Shown here piece by piece: positions 35,341 to 45,203 of a stretch of DNA of 64,000 nucleotides; the first letter of the stretch is position 1, and every line of letters begins with the position of its first letter. The stretch is from assembly GCA_963761335.1 (NCBI GenBank), contig CAVXGR010000024.1:160001-224000 (forward strand). The letters run 5' to 3'. The notes under the pieces were generated by a model. It was not told the origin of the DNA. It searched no databases and saw only the letters and a program-made list of their open reading frames with translations. Source of the DNA: an uncultured delta proteobacterium. Lineage in GTDB: Bacteria; Desulfobacterota; Binatia; HRBIN30; BPIQ01. The translations under genes were made by a program, and so were the position numbers.

Positions 35341-38097
35341 GTGGCGCGGCGATCGAATGAAATAGAGGAAGAGCGGCGGTCGTACAGCGCGCTGTTCGTG
35401 TTCGGAGTCGGCCTGCTGCTCGTCGGGGCGGTGTGGGCCATCTGGGACGACAACATCAGCCGCCGGCCCTGGAAGAAGTATCAGGCCGAGTTCTTCGTGC
35501 TCGAGGCCGACCAGGTGCGCGACGCCATCAAGAAGGAGGACAAGCGCCTCGCCGCCGACCCCAAGTACCAGGAGGTGACGGCCAAGCTGAAGCAGGCGCA
35601 GGAGCGACTGCGAAGCGGCGAGACTGAGCACCGGTTGCAGAAGCTCCAGGCGCAGCTCCAGCAGGCCCAGGTGCGTTACGACGAGCTGGATCTGTCGCTG
35701 CGCATCGTCAAGAGCAAGATCGAGGAGGCGTGGTACGACTACGACGAGGCCATCCTCAAGAAGGTGGCCCTCGGAAGCCCGAAGTCCCACCTGGACGCGC
35801 TGCAGGCCGAGAAGACGGAGACCGACGGCAAGCTGAATGAGGCGGATGCGCACCGCAAGCAGATCCAGAACGAGATCGCCGAGATTCGCGGCGAGGCGAC
35901 CGCCCTGCAGAAGCAGCGCGAAGACATGGAGTCCAAACGCTCCGGCCTCGAGCAGAAGCTCGACCACATGGTCATCCGCGTCGGGCCGCTGCAGCTGCCG
36001 AAGATCCCCAAGATCGAGCAGATCGTCATTGGCGAGTACGACCGCAGCAACTTCGACACGCCCCTCAGCCGCGTCGATCGCTGCCAGACGTGTCACATCG
36101 CCTCGACCAAGGCCGGCTTCGAGGATCAGCCTGAGCCACTGCGGACGCATCCGTTCCCCAAGTTGATGGCGAAGCACCCGCCGGAAACCTTCGCCTGCAC
36201 CACCTGTCACGACGGCCAGGGGCCCGCCGTGAACTCGCCCGAAGAGGCGCACGGTGAGGTGAAGTTCTGGGACAAGCCGCTGCTGCGCGGCGCCATGGTG
36301 CAGGCCAACTGCATCCGCTGCCACCTCGACGCCCGCCATCTGCCGCACGCCGAGACCGTCGCCGAGGGGCAGATGCTCTTCGAGCAGCTGGGATGTCACG
36401 GCTGCCACCTGGCGGCCGGCTACGACAACTTGCGCAAGGTCGGCCCGACCCTGCGCCTGGCAGCCGCCAAGCTCGATCCGAGCTGGATGGTGCGCTGGGT
36501 GAAGAATCCCCAGGGCTATCGCCCGCACACCCGCATGCCGAACTTCATGCTCGGCGAGGATCAGGCGACGGCGATCGTCGCCTGGCTGCTCGACTCGACC
36601 CGCAAGGACAGCGACGCGTGGCTGGCGAGCCATCCCGAGCCGAGCGGCGTCGATCCGAGCAACCCCGCTCTGGTGGCGCACGGCAAGGAGCTGGTCGACA
36701 GCCTCGGTTGCCGCGGCTGCCACGGCTTCGCCCCCGGCGAATCGCCGGCGCTCCTCGGCGACAACAAGGACATCGCCCCGAATCTCTCGAACGTCGCCGA
36801 GAAGACCGACCTGCGCTGGATCTACGCGTGGATCAAGAACCCCAGCAGCTACTCGAACATGGCGCGCATGCCGCGCCTGCGCCTGAGCGACGAGGAGGCG
36901 CGCGCCATCGCCTCGTTCCTCGGCACCCTTGGCCAGCGCAAGCCGGAGCCCGCCGTGGTCGCCAAGCTGAGTGACCCGAGGACTATCAAGGCCGGCAAGG
37001 CCCTGGTGCGCAAGTACGGTTGCTTCGGCTGTCACGACATCAACGGCATGGAGAACGAGTCGCGCGTCGGCGTCGAGCTCTCCACCTTCGGCTCCAAGCA
37101 CCTCGATGAGCTGTTCTTCGGCAACCACACCGACATCCCGTACACCTGGGACGACTGGACCTACAACAAGCTGAAGAACCCGCGCACCTACGAGACCGAG
37201 CGCATCGAGCAGCAGATGCCGAACTTCTTCCTCGGCGACAACGACATCAAGGCGCTGCGGATCTTTCTCGCCAGCCGCGTCGACGAGAAGATCCCGGCGC
37301 GCTTCATGGCGGACACCGGCGAGCGGGGAGCCCGGCTGATGGAGGGGCGGCGCCTGGTGGCGCGTTACAACTGCGTCGGTTGCCACATCATCGAAGGCAA
37401 GGGCGGTGCCATCCGCGCCCGCTACACCGACAATCCGACCATGGCGCCGCCGATCCTCAACGGCGAGGGCGCCAAGGTGCAACCCGACTGGCTGTTCGGC
37501 TTCATCAAGGAGCCGGTGCCGCTGCGGCCCTGGCTCAAGCTGCGCATGCCGACCTTTCCGCTGACGGACGACGAGATCACCTCGCTGGTGGAGTACTTCG
37601 GCGCCCAGGAAGATCTGAAGAAGCCGTTCTACCACGTCATCGACGCGAAGATTCCCGAGGAGAACATCGAGGCCGGCCGCAAGCTCATGTCCAACGATTA
37701 CTTCGCCTGCTTCTCCTGCCACCAGCAGGGGGCGAAGAAGCCGGAAGGTCCGCCGGAAGGCTGGGCCCCGGATCTCACCATGGCGCGGCGCCGGCTCAAC
37801 CCGGACTGGATCCTGCGCTGGATCCACGACCCGCAGGCGTTGCAGCCGGGCACCAAGATGCCGGCGTTCTACCCGGGCGGCCCCGACGACATCTTCGGCG
37901 GCGACGAGGACCGGCAGATCCGCGCCATTCGCGACTACATCATGGTTCTCGGCCGCCCCGCAGGACAGATGGCGGCAGACAAGCCGGCGGCGGCGCCCGC
38001 CGACGGCAACGCCCCAGCAGAGGGCGGTGGTGAAATGCAGGGCGACCAACAGGTCCACGCGGCGCTCGACGGCGGCGGGACCACGAAGGAGGATTGA
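35341..38097 (+). CDS. Membrane-anchored octaheme cytochrome c with coiled-coil stalk
   Basis: 8 CxxCH motifs (CQTCH, CTTCH, CIRCH, CHGCH, CRGCH, CFGCH, CVGCH, CFSCH). N-terminal TM helix. Confidence 0.93.
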   Translation: MARRSNEIEEERRSYSALFVFGVGLLLVGAVWAIWDDNISRRPWKKYQAEFFVLEADQVRDAIKKEDKRLAADPKYQEVTAKLKQAQERLRSGETEHRLQKLQAQLQQAQVRYDELDLSLRIVKSKIEEAWYDYDEAILKKVALGSPKSHLDALQAEKTETDGKLNEADAHRKQIQNEIAEIRGEATALQKQREDMESKRSGLEQKLDHMVIRVGPLQLPKIPKIEQIVIGEYDRSNFDTPLSRVDRCQTCHIASTKAGFEDQPEPLRTHPFPKLMAKHPPETFACTTCHDGQGPAVNSPEEAHGEVKFWDKPLLRGAMVQANCIRCHLDARHLPHAETVAEGQMLFEQLGCHGCHLAAGYDNLRKVGPTLRLAAAKLDPSWMVRWVKNPQGYRPHTRMPNFMLGEDQATAIVAWLLDSTRKDSDAWLASHPEPSGVDPSNPALVAHGKELVDSLGCRGCHGFAPGESPALLGDNKDIAPNLSNVAEKTDLRWIYAWIKNPSSYSNMARMPRLRLSDEEARAIASFLGTLGQRKPEPAVVAKLSDPRTIKAGKALVRKYGCFGCHDINGMENESRVGVELSTFGSKHLDELFFGNHTDIPYTWDDWTYNKLKNPRTYETERIEQQMPNFFLGDNDIKALRIFLASRVDEKIPARFMADTGERGARLMEGRRLVARYNCVGCHIIEGKGGAIRARYTDNPTMAPPILNGEGAKVQPDWLFGFIKEPVPLRPWLKLRMPTFPLTDDEITSLVEYFGAQEDLKKPFYHVIDAKIPEENIEAGRKLMSNDYFACFSCHQQGAKKPEGPPEGWAPDLTMARRRLNPDWILRWIHDPQALQPGTKMPAFYPGGPDDIFGGDEDRQIRAIRDYIMVLGRPAGQMAADKPAAAPADGNAPAEGGGEMQGDQQVHAALDGGGTTKED

Positions 38098-38100
38098 TCC

Positions 38101-38814
38101 ATGCGAAATCGTTTTATGGTTGTCGGTGTGGCGGCGCTCGCCCTCTCCTGGGGCACGGCGGGTGCCTACGAAGGCGGGCCGGTGAGCAACGGTGGAACCA
38201 TCTCCGGCGAGGTGAAGGTGACCGGCGACGTGCCGGCGCCCAAGCCGGTGGAGGTCACCAAGGACAAAGAGGTCTGCGGCAAATCGCCGAAGGTCGACGA
38301 GAGCCTGCTGGTCGGCCCCAACAAGGGCCTCAAGAACGCCGTGGTGTCGATCACCAACATCAGCAAGGGCAAGCCGATGGACACGAGCAAGATCACGCTC
38401 ATGCAGAAGGGCTGCGACTACATTCCTCACGTCCTCCTGGTTCCCGCCGGCGCCACCGTCGATATCACCAACGACGACGGCATCCTGCACAACATCCATA
38501 CCTACAGCAAAAAGAACGCACCGGTGAATCGCGCCCAGCCGAAGTTCAAGAAGGTCATGCAGGAGACTTTCAAGGATCCCGAGACCTTCCAGATGAAGTG
38601 CGACGCCCACAACTGGATGCAGGGCTGGGTCGTGGTCGAGGACACTCCCTACTACGCGCTCACCGACGAGCAGGGGAACTACAAGCTCACCGACGTGCCC
38701 CCCGGGGAGTACGAGGTGAAGGTCTGGCACGAGAAGCTCGGCGAGAAGACGGAGAAGGTGACCGTCGCCGCCGGCGGTACGGCGAGCGCGAACTTCGAGC
38801 TGGCCAGCAAGTGA
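38101..38814 (+). CDS. Secreted protein with cupredoxin-like core in a carboxypeptidase-regulatory-like beta domain
   Basis: Signal peptide, HNIH and CDAHNWM, DVPPGEYEVKVWHE. Confidence 0.75.
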   Translation: MRNRFMVVGVAALALSWGTAGAYEGGPVSNGGTISGEVKVTGDVPAPKPVEVTKDKEVCGKSPKVDESLLVGPNKGLKNAVVSITNISKGKPMDTSKITLMQKGCDYIPHVLLVPAGATVDITNDDGILHNIHTYSKKNAPVNRAQPKFKKVMQETFKDPETFQMKCDAHNWMQGWVVVEDTPYYALTDEQGNYKLTDVPPGEYEVKVWHEKLGEKTEKVTVAAGGTASANFELASK

Positions 38815-38896
38815 GGCATGCGGTCGCGGCGGCGCTGCCGGCGCCGCGCCACCCCAGCCGCGATTTCCCACGCAGACAAAGGACGGGTGAGCTCCC

Positions 38897-39553
38897 ATGC
38901 TGAGCTGGCTTCCACAGGACGTTTCGACCTACGGTCCCAAGGTCGATCAACTGTTCTACCTGATCTACTATCTCACCAGCGCGACCTTCGTGTTGGTGAT
39001 GGTGACGTTGATCGTCTTCCTGATCAAGTATCGCCATCGCCCGGGACGACGGGCGACCTACACGCACGGCAACACGACGCTGGAGATCGTCTGGACGATC
39101 ATTCCGGCGCTCATCCTGGTGATGCTCGGTTTGCTGAGCAAGTCGCGCTGGGAAGAGATCAAGAGCGTCGTACCGCCGTCCAAGGTCAACGTCGAGGTGA
39201 CCGGAAAGCAGTTCAATTGGGAGATCACCTACCCGGGGCCGGATCACGAGTTCGGCACCAAGGACGACCTCCAGGTCGACAACGAGCTGCACGTCCCGGT
39301 GGGAGAGGTGGTGCGGGTGATCCTGCAGTCGAAGGACGTCATCCACAGCTTCTTCCTGCCGAATCTGCGGCTCAAGCAGGACGCCGTTCCCGGCCGGCGC
39401 ATCATCGCCTGGTTTGAGGCGACCAAGACGGGCGAGTACGAGATTCCGTGCGCCGAGCTCTGCGGCTTCGGGCACTCGGGCATGAAGGGGATGCTGTACG
39501 TGCACACCGCTGAGGATTATCAGCGCTGGCTCAAGGAGAAGTGGCCTTCGTAG
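38897..39553 (+). CDS. coxB: Cytochrome c oxidase subunit II
   Basis: LEIVWT, DVIHSF, CAELCGFGHSGM CuA motif. No fused cytochrome c. Confidence 0.96.
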   Translation: MLSWLPQDVSTYGPKVDQLFYLIYYLTSATFVLVMVTLIVFLIKYRHRPGRRATYTHGNTTLEIVWTIIPALILVMLGLLSKSRWEEIKSVVPPSKVNVEVTGKQFNWEITYPGPDHEFGTKDDLQVDNELHVPVGEVVRVILQSKDVIHSFFLPNLRLKQDAVPGRRIIAWFEATKTGEYEIPCAELCGFGHSGMKGMLYVHTAEDYQRWLKEKWPS

Positions 39554-39598
39554 GCCGCTCTCCGAGCGCACGCGAGATCTCGAGGAGGGGATTGAGTC

Positions 39599-41356
39599 AT
39601 GAGTTCCGTTGCCGCCACACCGGTTCACGGCGCCCACGCGGCGCACGATGAGACCGGCTTCATTCGCAAGTACGTATTCTCTCTCGACCACAAGATGATC
39701 GGCCGACAGTTCCTTTTCCTGGGGCTGTTCATGATGATCATCGGCGGCCTGCTGGCGCTGATGGTTCGCTGGGAGCTGGCCTGGCCGGAGAGCCAGGTGC
39801 CGCTGACCAGCTGGGTTCCGGAGCCGCTCATGTACGACGGCCACATGGGTCCGGAGTTCTACAACGCCCTGTTCACCATGCACGCCACCATCATGGTCTT
39901 CTTCGTGATCATGCCGATTCTGGTAGGCGGCTTCGGCAACTTTCTCATCCCGCTGATGATCGGCGCCCGCGACATGGCCTTTCCGGTCCTCAACATGCTG
40001 TCGTTCTGGATCGCTCTGCTGGCCGGATTCATCATGCTCGCCGGCTTCTTCGTCACCGGTGGACCGGCGGCGGCCGGATGGACGGCGTACGTGCCGCTCT
40101 CGGCGGTGCCCCAGTACACCGGGGTCTATTGGGGGCAGAACCTCTGGTGCATCAGCATCATGGTTCTCGGCGTCTCCTCGATGATGGGCTCGATCAACTA
40201 CATCACCACGGTGATCAACATGCGGGCGCCGGGGATGAGCTTCTTTCGCCTGCCGTTGACCATCTGGGCGCTGTTCATCGTCGCCATCCTTCTGCTGCTG
40301 GCGCTGCCGGTGCTCACCGCGGCGGTCGGCATGCTCCTCTTCGACCGCGTCTTCGGCACCAGCTTCTTCGCGCCGTCCGGCGGCGGCGAGCCGCTGCTCT
40401 GGCAACATCTCTTCTGGTTCTTCGGCCATCCCGAGGTCTACATCCTCATCCTGCCCGCCATGGGCATCGCCTCCGACATCCTCGCCGTCTTCTCCCGCAA
40501 GCCGATCTTCGGCTATCGCGCCATGGCCTTCTCGATGATCGCCATCGCCTTCCTCAGCTGGCTCGTCTGGGGACACCACATGTTCCAGAGCGGCATGAAC
40601 CCGTCGCTCGGCACCACCTTCATGATCTCGACCATGGTCATTGCCGTCCCCTCGGCGATCAAGACGTTCAACTGGCTCGGCACTCTGTGGGGAGGGAACA
40701 TCCGCTTCACCACGCCGATGCTCAACGCCCTGGCCTTCGTGTCGATGTTCGTCATCGGCGGCCTGAGCGGCATCTACATGGCGTGCACCCCCGTGGACAT
40801 CTTCATTCACGACACCTACTTCATCGTCGCCCACATCCACTACGTGGTCTTCGGCGGCAGCGTCTTCGGCATCTTCGCGGCCATCTACTTCTGGTTCCCC
40901 AAGATGTTCGGCCGCATGATGAACGAGACGCTCGGCAAGATTCACTTCTGGCCGACGCTGATCGCCTTCAACTGCACCTTCTTCCCGATGCACATCCTCG
41001 GCATCGGCGGCCACATGCGCCGCATCTACAACCCGCTGCAGTACGACTTCCTGCACCCGCTCCAGTGGATCAACGTGTTCATCACCATCAGCGCCATCTG
41101 CCTGGGCATTGCCCAGATCCCCTTCGTGATAAATTTCTTCTGGAGCATGTTCGCCGGCAAGAAGGCGGAGGTGAACCCCTGGCAGGCGAATACCCTCGAG
41201 TGGTCGGCGCCCTCGCCGCCGCCGCACGGCAACTTCGACAAGCTTCCCACGGTCTACCGCGGTCCCTACGAGTACAGCTCGCCGCTGGTGGCCGAGGACT
41301 GGCTGCCGCAGTGGCGGCGACTCGGCCCCGAGGCGACCAAGGCGGCGGCGCATTGA
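39599..41356 (+). CDS. coxA: Cytochrome c oxidase subunit I, type A1
   Basis: DHK, WFFGHPEVY, WGHHMF, AHIHY. Confidence 0.97.
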   Translation: MSSVAATPVHGAHAAHDETGFIRKYVFSLDHKMIGRQFLFLGLFMMIIGGLLALMVRWELAWPESQVPLTSWVPEPLMYDGHMGPEFYNALFTMHATIMVFFVIMPILVGGFGNFLIPLMIGARDMAFPVLNMLSFWIALLAGFIMLAGFFVTGGPAAAGWTAYVPLSAVPQYTGVYWGQNLWCISIMVLGVSSMMGSINYITTVINMRAPGMSFFRLPLTIWALFIVAILLLLALPVLTAAVGMLLFDRVFGTSFFAPSGGGEPLLWQHLFWFFGHPEVYILILPAMGIASDILAVFSRKPIFGYRAMAFSMIAIAFLSWLVWGHHMFQSGMNPSLGTTFMISTMVIAVPSAIKTFNWLGTLWGGNIRFTTPMLNALAFVSMFVIGGLSGIYMACTPVDIFIHDTYFIVAHIHYVVFGGSVFGIFAAIYFWFPKMFGRMMNETLGKIHFWPTLIAFNCTFFPMHILGIGGHMRRIYNPLQYDFLHPLQWINVFITISAICLGIAQIPFVINFFWSMFAGKKAEVNPWQANTLEWSAPSPPPHGNFDKLPTVYRGPYEYSSPLVAEDWLPQWRRLGPEATKAAAH

Positions 41357-41455
41357 AGGGATGGCTCCGGGAGCGCCTCGCTGACATGATGGCCGATATC
41401 GAAAAAACCTCCGCCGCCACCGCCGGCCGCCAGCGGGGCGCGAAAGAAGGTCTGC

Positions 41456-42355
41456 ATGAGTGAAGGCACTGTCGTCGTCGACGACGCCGCCGTTCGGCGG
41501 CGCGTTGCCGACTTCGTCTCCTTGGCCAAGCCGCGCGTGGTCCTCATGGTTCTGGTGACCACCGCCGTGGGCTTCTATCTCGGGACCTCCGGCCCGGTCG
41601 ACGTTGTGCGCCTGCTGGCGACCATCGCCGGCACGGGCCTGGCCGCGGGAGGAACGCTGGCGCTGAATCAGTACATCGAGCGCGATCTCGATGCGCGCAT
41701 GCAGCGCACCCGGCTGCGCCCGCTTCCCGACGGCCGCCTGCAGCCGACCGAGGCGCTGGCCTTCGGCGTGGTCCTGACCGTCGCCGGGCTCCTCTATCTG
41801 ACGCTCGCGGTCAATGCCCTGAGCGGCATGGTGACCGCCGCCACCGCCGTCAGCTATCTCTTCCTCTATACGCCTCTCAAACGCCGCTCGTCCCTGTGCA
41901 GCGTCATCGGCGCCATCCCCGGGGCACTGCCGCCGGTTACCGGCTGGGCGGCGGCACGCGGCGATCTGGGCATCGAGGCCTGGGTCCTCTTCTCGATTCT
42001 CTTTCTCTGGCAGCTGCCGCACTCGCTGGCGATCGCCTGGCTCTACCGCGAGGACTATGCGCGCGCCGGCATGCGCCTGCTGCCGGTGGTCGAGCCCGAC
42101 GGGCGCAGCACCGTGCGGCAGATCCTGGCCAACTGCCTGGCGCTCCTCGCCGTCGCCATGCTGCCGACGTTGCTGGGCGTATCCGGATCCGTCTACTTCG
42201 TGGTCGCCTGTGTGCTCGGGGTCGGCATGCTCGCCTCCGGCGTTCATCTCGCCTGGGCGCGCAGCCCGCTCGCCGCCCGGCGGCTGCTGTTCGTCACGCT
42301 CGCCTATCTGCCGATGCTGCTCATGGTGATGGCGATGGACAAGGTGTCGTTCTGA
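41456..42355 (+). CDS. cyoE: Protoheme IX farnesyltransferase (heme O synthase)
   Basis: KPRV, ERDLDARMQRTRLRPL, YTPLKR, WQLPH. Confidence 0.95.
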   Translation: MSEGTVVVDDAAVRRRVADFVSLAKPRVVLMVLVTTAVGFYLGTSGPVDVVRLLATIAGTGLAAGGTLALNQYIERDLDARMQRTRLRPLPDGRLQPTEALAFGVVLTVAGLLYLTLAVNALSGMVTAATAVSYLFLYTPLKRRSSLCSVIGAIPGALPPVTGWAAARGDLGIEAWVLFSILFLWQLPHSLAIAWLYREDYARAGMRLLPVVEPDGRSTVRQILANCLALLAVAMLPTLLGVSGSVYFVVACVLGVGMLASGVHLAWARSPLAARRLLFVTLAYLPMLLMVMAMDKVSF

Positions 42356-42357
42356 TC

Positions 42358-42480
42358 ATGGCTCTGGTCGACGACAGCGGCCGCCTGCGGGTGAGCAACC
42401 GCCAGCTCGGGCTGCTGCTGGTCGGTATCCTTCTGCTCATGCTGACCATCGGCATCGTCGGCGTGCTGGTGCTGAACTGA
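42358..42480 (+). CDS. 40-aa single-TM peptide
   Basis: MALVDDSGRLRVSNRQLGLLLVGILLLMLTIGIVGVLVLN, fills the gap between cyoE and subunit III. Confidence 0.6.
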   Translation: MALVDDSGRLRVSNRQLGLLLVGILLLMLTIGIVGVLVLN

Positions 42481-42488
42481 GGCAGATC

Positions 42489-43142
42489 ATGGCGCGCACA
42501 CCGGCCACGGCGGTTGAGCCGATCATCATTCCCTCGGAGCCGGCCATGCCGCGCTTCGGCGGCGGCGGCCCACCCGACATTGCCGCCGAGCCGCCGCTCA
42601 GCAACGGGCGACTGGCGGTGATCCTCTTCATCACCGGCGAGGCGATGCTGTTCACTGCGCTCCTCGGGCCCTTCATCCTCTTTCGCATCAGCAGCCTGGC
42701 GTGGCCGCCGGTCGGGCAGCCGTACCTGCCGATCGCCGTCACTTCGGTGAACACCCTGGTTCTCCTGATCAGCGGCCTGGCAATGAACCGCGCCGTCGCC
42801 GCGGCGCGCGCCGACCGCCTCGGCGACCTGCGGCAGCATCTGACGGTGGCGGCCATCCTCGGCGCCGCCTTCCTCGCCGTGCAGGGCGCCGAGTGGGTGC
42901 GGCTCATTCGGCACGGTCTGACGCTGTCGAGCAGCCTCTACGGCACGACCTTCTACATGCTCATCGGTCTTCACGGCCTGCACGTGCTCGGCGCGGTCGT
43001 CTGGCTGGCGGTGGTTCTCGCCGCCGCCTGGCGCGGCCGCGAGGCGGCCGGACGCGCCGCCGGGGTGGAGATCTGCGCCATCTACTGGTATTTCGTCTGT
43101 GCCCTGTGGGTGGTGCTGTTCGCGATGGTGTACATCAGCTGA
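42489..43142 (+). CDS. coxC: Cytochrome c oxidase subunit III (copy 1)
   Basis: EAMLF, NTLVLLISG, GLHGLHV, YWYFV. Confidence 0.88.
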   Translation: MARTPATAVEPIIIPSEPAMPRFGGGGPPDIAAEPPLSNGRLAVILFITGEAMLFTALLGPFILFRISSLAWPPVGQPYLPIAVTSVNTLVLLISGLAMNRAVAAARADRLGDLRQHLTVAAILGAAFLAVQGAEWVRLIRHGLTLSSSLYGTTFYMLIGLHGLHVLGAVVWLAVVLAAAWRGREAAGRAAGVEICAIYWYFVCALWVVLFAMVYIS

Positions 43143-43157
43143 ATGGGGAGACGGACA

Positions 43158-43430
43158 ATGTCGAAGAAGAGTCTCGCTGTGGCGGCGCTGATCGCCGCGC
43201 TTCCGGCCGAGGCGCTCGCATGCGCCATGTGTGAGGCATCGTTCGCCGGGCCCAACGATCCGCTCACCAGAGGGTTCGACTTTAGTATTCTGTTCGTTCT
43301 CTCCGTGACTTATGGGTTGCTCGCCGCGCTCGGCGGCTGGGTCGGCTTCACCTACTGGCGCGCCAGTGCCCGCCGGGATGCCGCCACCGTGCTGTCGTTC
43401 CCGGCAACGGAAAGGGAGGAGGTTCTGTGA
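43158..43430 (+). CDS. Small membrane protein with ACAMC motif
   Basis: Signal-like N-terminus, CxxC, one TM helix. Stop overlaps the next start. Confidence 0.65.
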   Translation: MSKKSLAVAALIAALPAEALACAMCEASFAGPNDPLTRGFDFSILFVLSVTYGLLAALGGWVGFTYWRASARRDAATVLSFPATEREEVL

Positions 43431-44050
43431 GCCAAGCAGCGACTCTCGAACACGCCCTGCCGGTCGAGCCCGCAGAATCTCCGCTCACTCCGGAGAGCTG
43501 GGGCAAGCTCGGCATGTGGGTCTTTCTGGCCGGCGACGCCATGTCGTTCGGCGGCTTGCTGGCGGCGTACGGCGCTCTGCGCTTCTCCAGCGGCGACTGG
43601 CCGCACCCCAGCAACGTCCTCGGCATCGCCCTGACCGCCTTCATGACCTTCCTGCTGATCTGCAGCAGCGTCACCATGGTGAAGGGTCTGTCGGCGATCA
43701 AGCACGGCGACCAGGCCGGCATGCGCTTCTTTCTGCTGCTGACCATCCTCGGCGGCGCCTCCTTCCTCGGCATGCAGGCCTTCGAGTGGCACCACCTCAT
43801 TCACGAGGGCCTCGGGCTGACCTCGAATCCATGGGGCGCGTCGCTCTTCGGCACCACCTTCTTCATGCTCACCGGATTCCACGGCTGCCACGTTTTCGGC
43901 GGTGTCGTCTACCTCACTTGCATCCTCATCCAGGGCGTGCGAGGGAAATACTCGGCGCAGAACTACAACAGCATCGAGATCGCCGGTCTCTACTGGCACT
44001 TCGTCGATCTGGTGTGGATTCTGGTCTTCACTTTCGTCTACCTGCTGTGA
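43427..44050 (+). CDS. coxC: Cytochrome c oxidase subunit III (copy 2)
   Basis: KLGMWVFL, TGFHGCHV, GLYWHFVDLVW. Confidence 0.9.
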   Translation: MSQAATLEHALPVEPAESPLTPESWGKLGMWVFLAGDAMSFGGLLAAYGALRFSSGDWPHPSNVLGIALTAFMTFLLICSSVTMVKGLSAIKHGDQAGMRFFLLLTILGGASFLGMQAFEWHHLIHEGLGLTSNPWGASLFGTTFFMLTGFHGCHVFGGVVYLTCILIQGVRGKYSAQNYNSIEIAGLYWHFVDLVWILVFTFVYLL

Positions 44051-44067
44051 GCGAGGAGATCGGTCGG

Positions 44068-44379
44068 ATGGAGCACAAGGAACCGAACTACATGGCCATC
44101 TTCGGCTGGCTGGCGATCCTCACGGTGGCCGAGATCACGGTCACCTTCGTGCCGATTGCCCGCGCTCTCATCGCCGTCCTCCTGGTCGGCCTGGCGATCA
44201 CCAAGGCCACGATGGTGGCGATGTACTTCATGCACCTGAAGTTCGAGCGCCGGACCCTCGGCCTGATCGCCGTGACCCCGATGCTTCTCTGTATCCTCCT
44301 GGTGTTTGCGCTGGCGCCGGACCTCACCGCGGTCAATCACTCCACCGCGCACCGGGCTGCCGTCGAGCAAGCCGAGTAG
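44068..44379 (+). CDS. Cytochrome c oxidase subunit IV (prokaryotic)
   Basis: LAILTVAE, KATMVAMYFMHLKFE. Confidence 0.85.
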   Translation: MEHKEPNYMAIFGWLAILTVAEITVTFVPIARALIAVLLVGLAITKATMVAMYFMHLKFERRTLGLIAVTPMLLCILLVFALAPDLTAVNHSTAHRAAVEQAE

Positions 44380-44419
44380 CTTTCCCGGCGCTGCGGCGTC
44401 GGGCCGCACGCGACCCGCA

Positions 44420-45124
44420 ATGCAAGAGATTCACCCCGGAACGCCGACCGAGAGCGCCGCGATTCACCGCGCCCTGTGGGCGCTTCTGGCGGTGGTCATC
44501 CTGGTGATCACCGCCGCCGGGCTGCACTCCGCGATCAAGAGCGCCCGCGTGGCGCGCATCCTCGGCGAATCATCGCTCGAGGGACTGCAGGACCTCGGAG
44601 CCGTTCCCGCCTTCACGCTCACCGAGCGCAGCGGCCGCAGCGTCTCGAGCAGCGACCTGCGCGGCTCGGTCTGGGTCGCCGATTTCATCTTCACGCGCTG
44701 TAGCGGCGTCTGCCCCATGCTGACGGCGCGTTTCTCCCGGCTCGAGCGCCAGCTGCGCAGCGACGGGGTCCAGGGCCTGCGGCTGCTTTCCTTCAGCGTC
44801 GATCCGTCCCACGATTCCCCGGAGGTGCTGCGCGCCTACGCGGCGCGGTTCAAGGCGCCAGCCGGCGACTGGCTCTTTCTCACCGGCGATTGGGAGCAGA
44901 TGCACCAGCTCATCCAGGGGGGCTTCCACGTCGCCATGGCCAAGAGCGACGACCCGCAGGTGCAACCCGGAGAGCTGATCACCCACAGTGATCGCTTTGT
45001 TCTGGTCGACCGCGACCTGCACATCCGCGGCTACTACCACGGCACCGACGAAGCCTCGGTGGCGCAGCTCCAGCGGGATATCCGGGAGCTGCTCGGGACC
45101 GAGGCTGCAGAGAAGAAAATGTAG
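44420..45124 (+). CDS. SCO family copper chaperone
   Basis: FIFTRCSGVCP, SVDPSHDSPEVL, HSDRFVLVD. Confidence 0.92.
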   Translation: MQEIHPGTPTESAAIHRALWALLAVVILVITAAGLHSAIKSARVARILGESSLEGLQDLGAVPAFTLTERSGRSVSSSDLRGSVWVADFIFTRCSGVCPMLTARFSRLERQLRSDGVQGLRLLSFSVDPSHDSPEVLRAYAARFKAPAGDWLFLTGDWEQMHQLIQGGFHVAMAKSDDPQVQPGELITHSDRFVLVDRDLHIRGYYHGTDEASVAQLQRDIRELLGTEAAEKKM

Positions 45125-45158
45125 AAGGAAAAACCGGTGAGCGGAGACGGAGAACCGG
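45112..45158. repeat. Half copy of repeat family C overlapping the SCO stop
   Basis: GAAGAAAATGTAGAAGGAAAAACCGGTGAGCGGAGACGGAGAACCGG resembles the left arm at 59665 and 61268. Confidence 0.55.
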
Positions 45159-45203
45159 TGATCGATGCGCATCGCGGCTCTCTGCTCAGTTGGGGCTGAG
45201 AGA

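Noticed and set aside
41386..41463. 25-aa ORF before cyoE as a possible ctaA remnant
   Set aside because: No hydrophobicity or similarity to support it.
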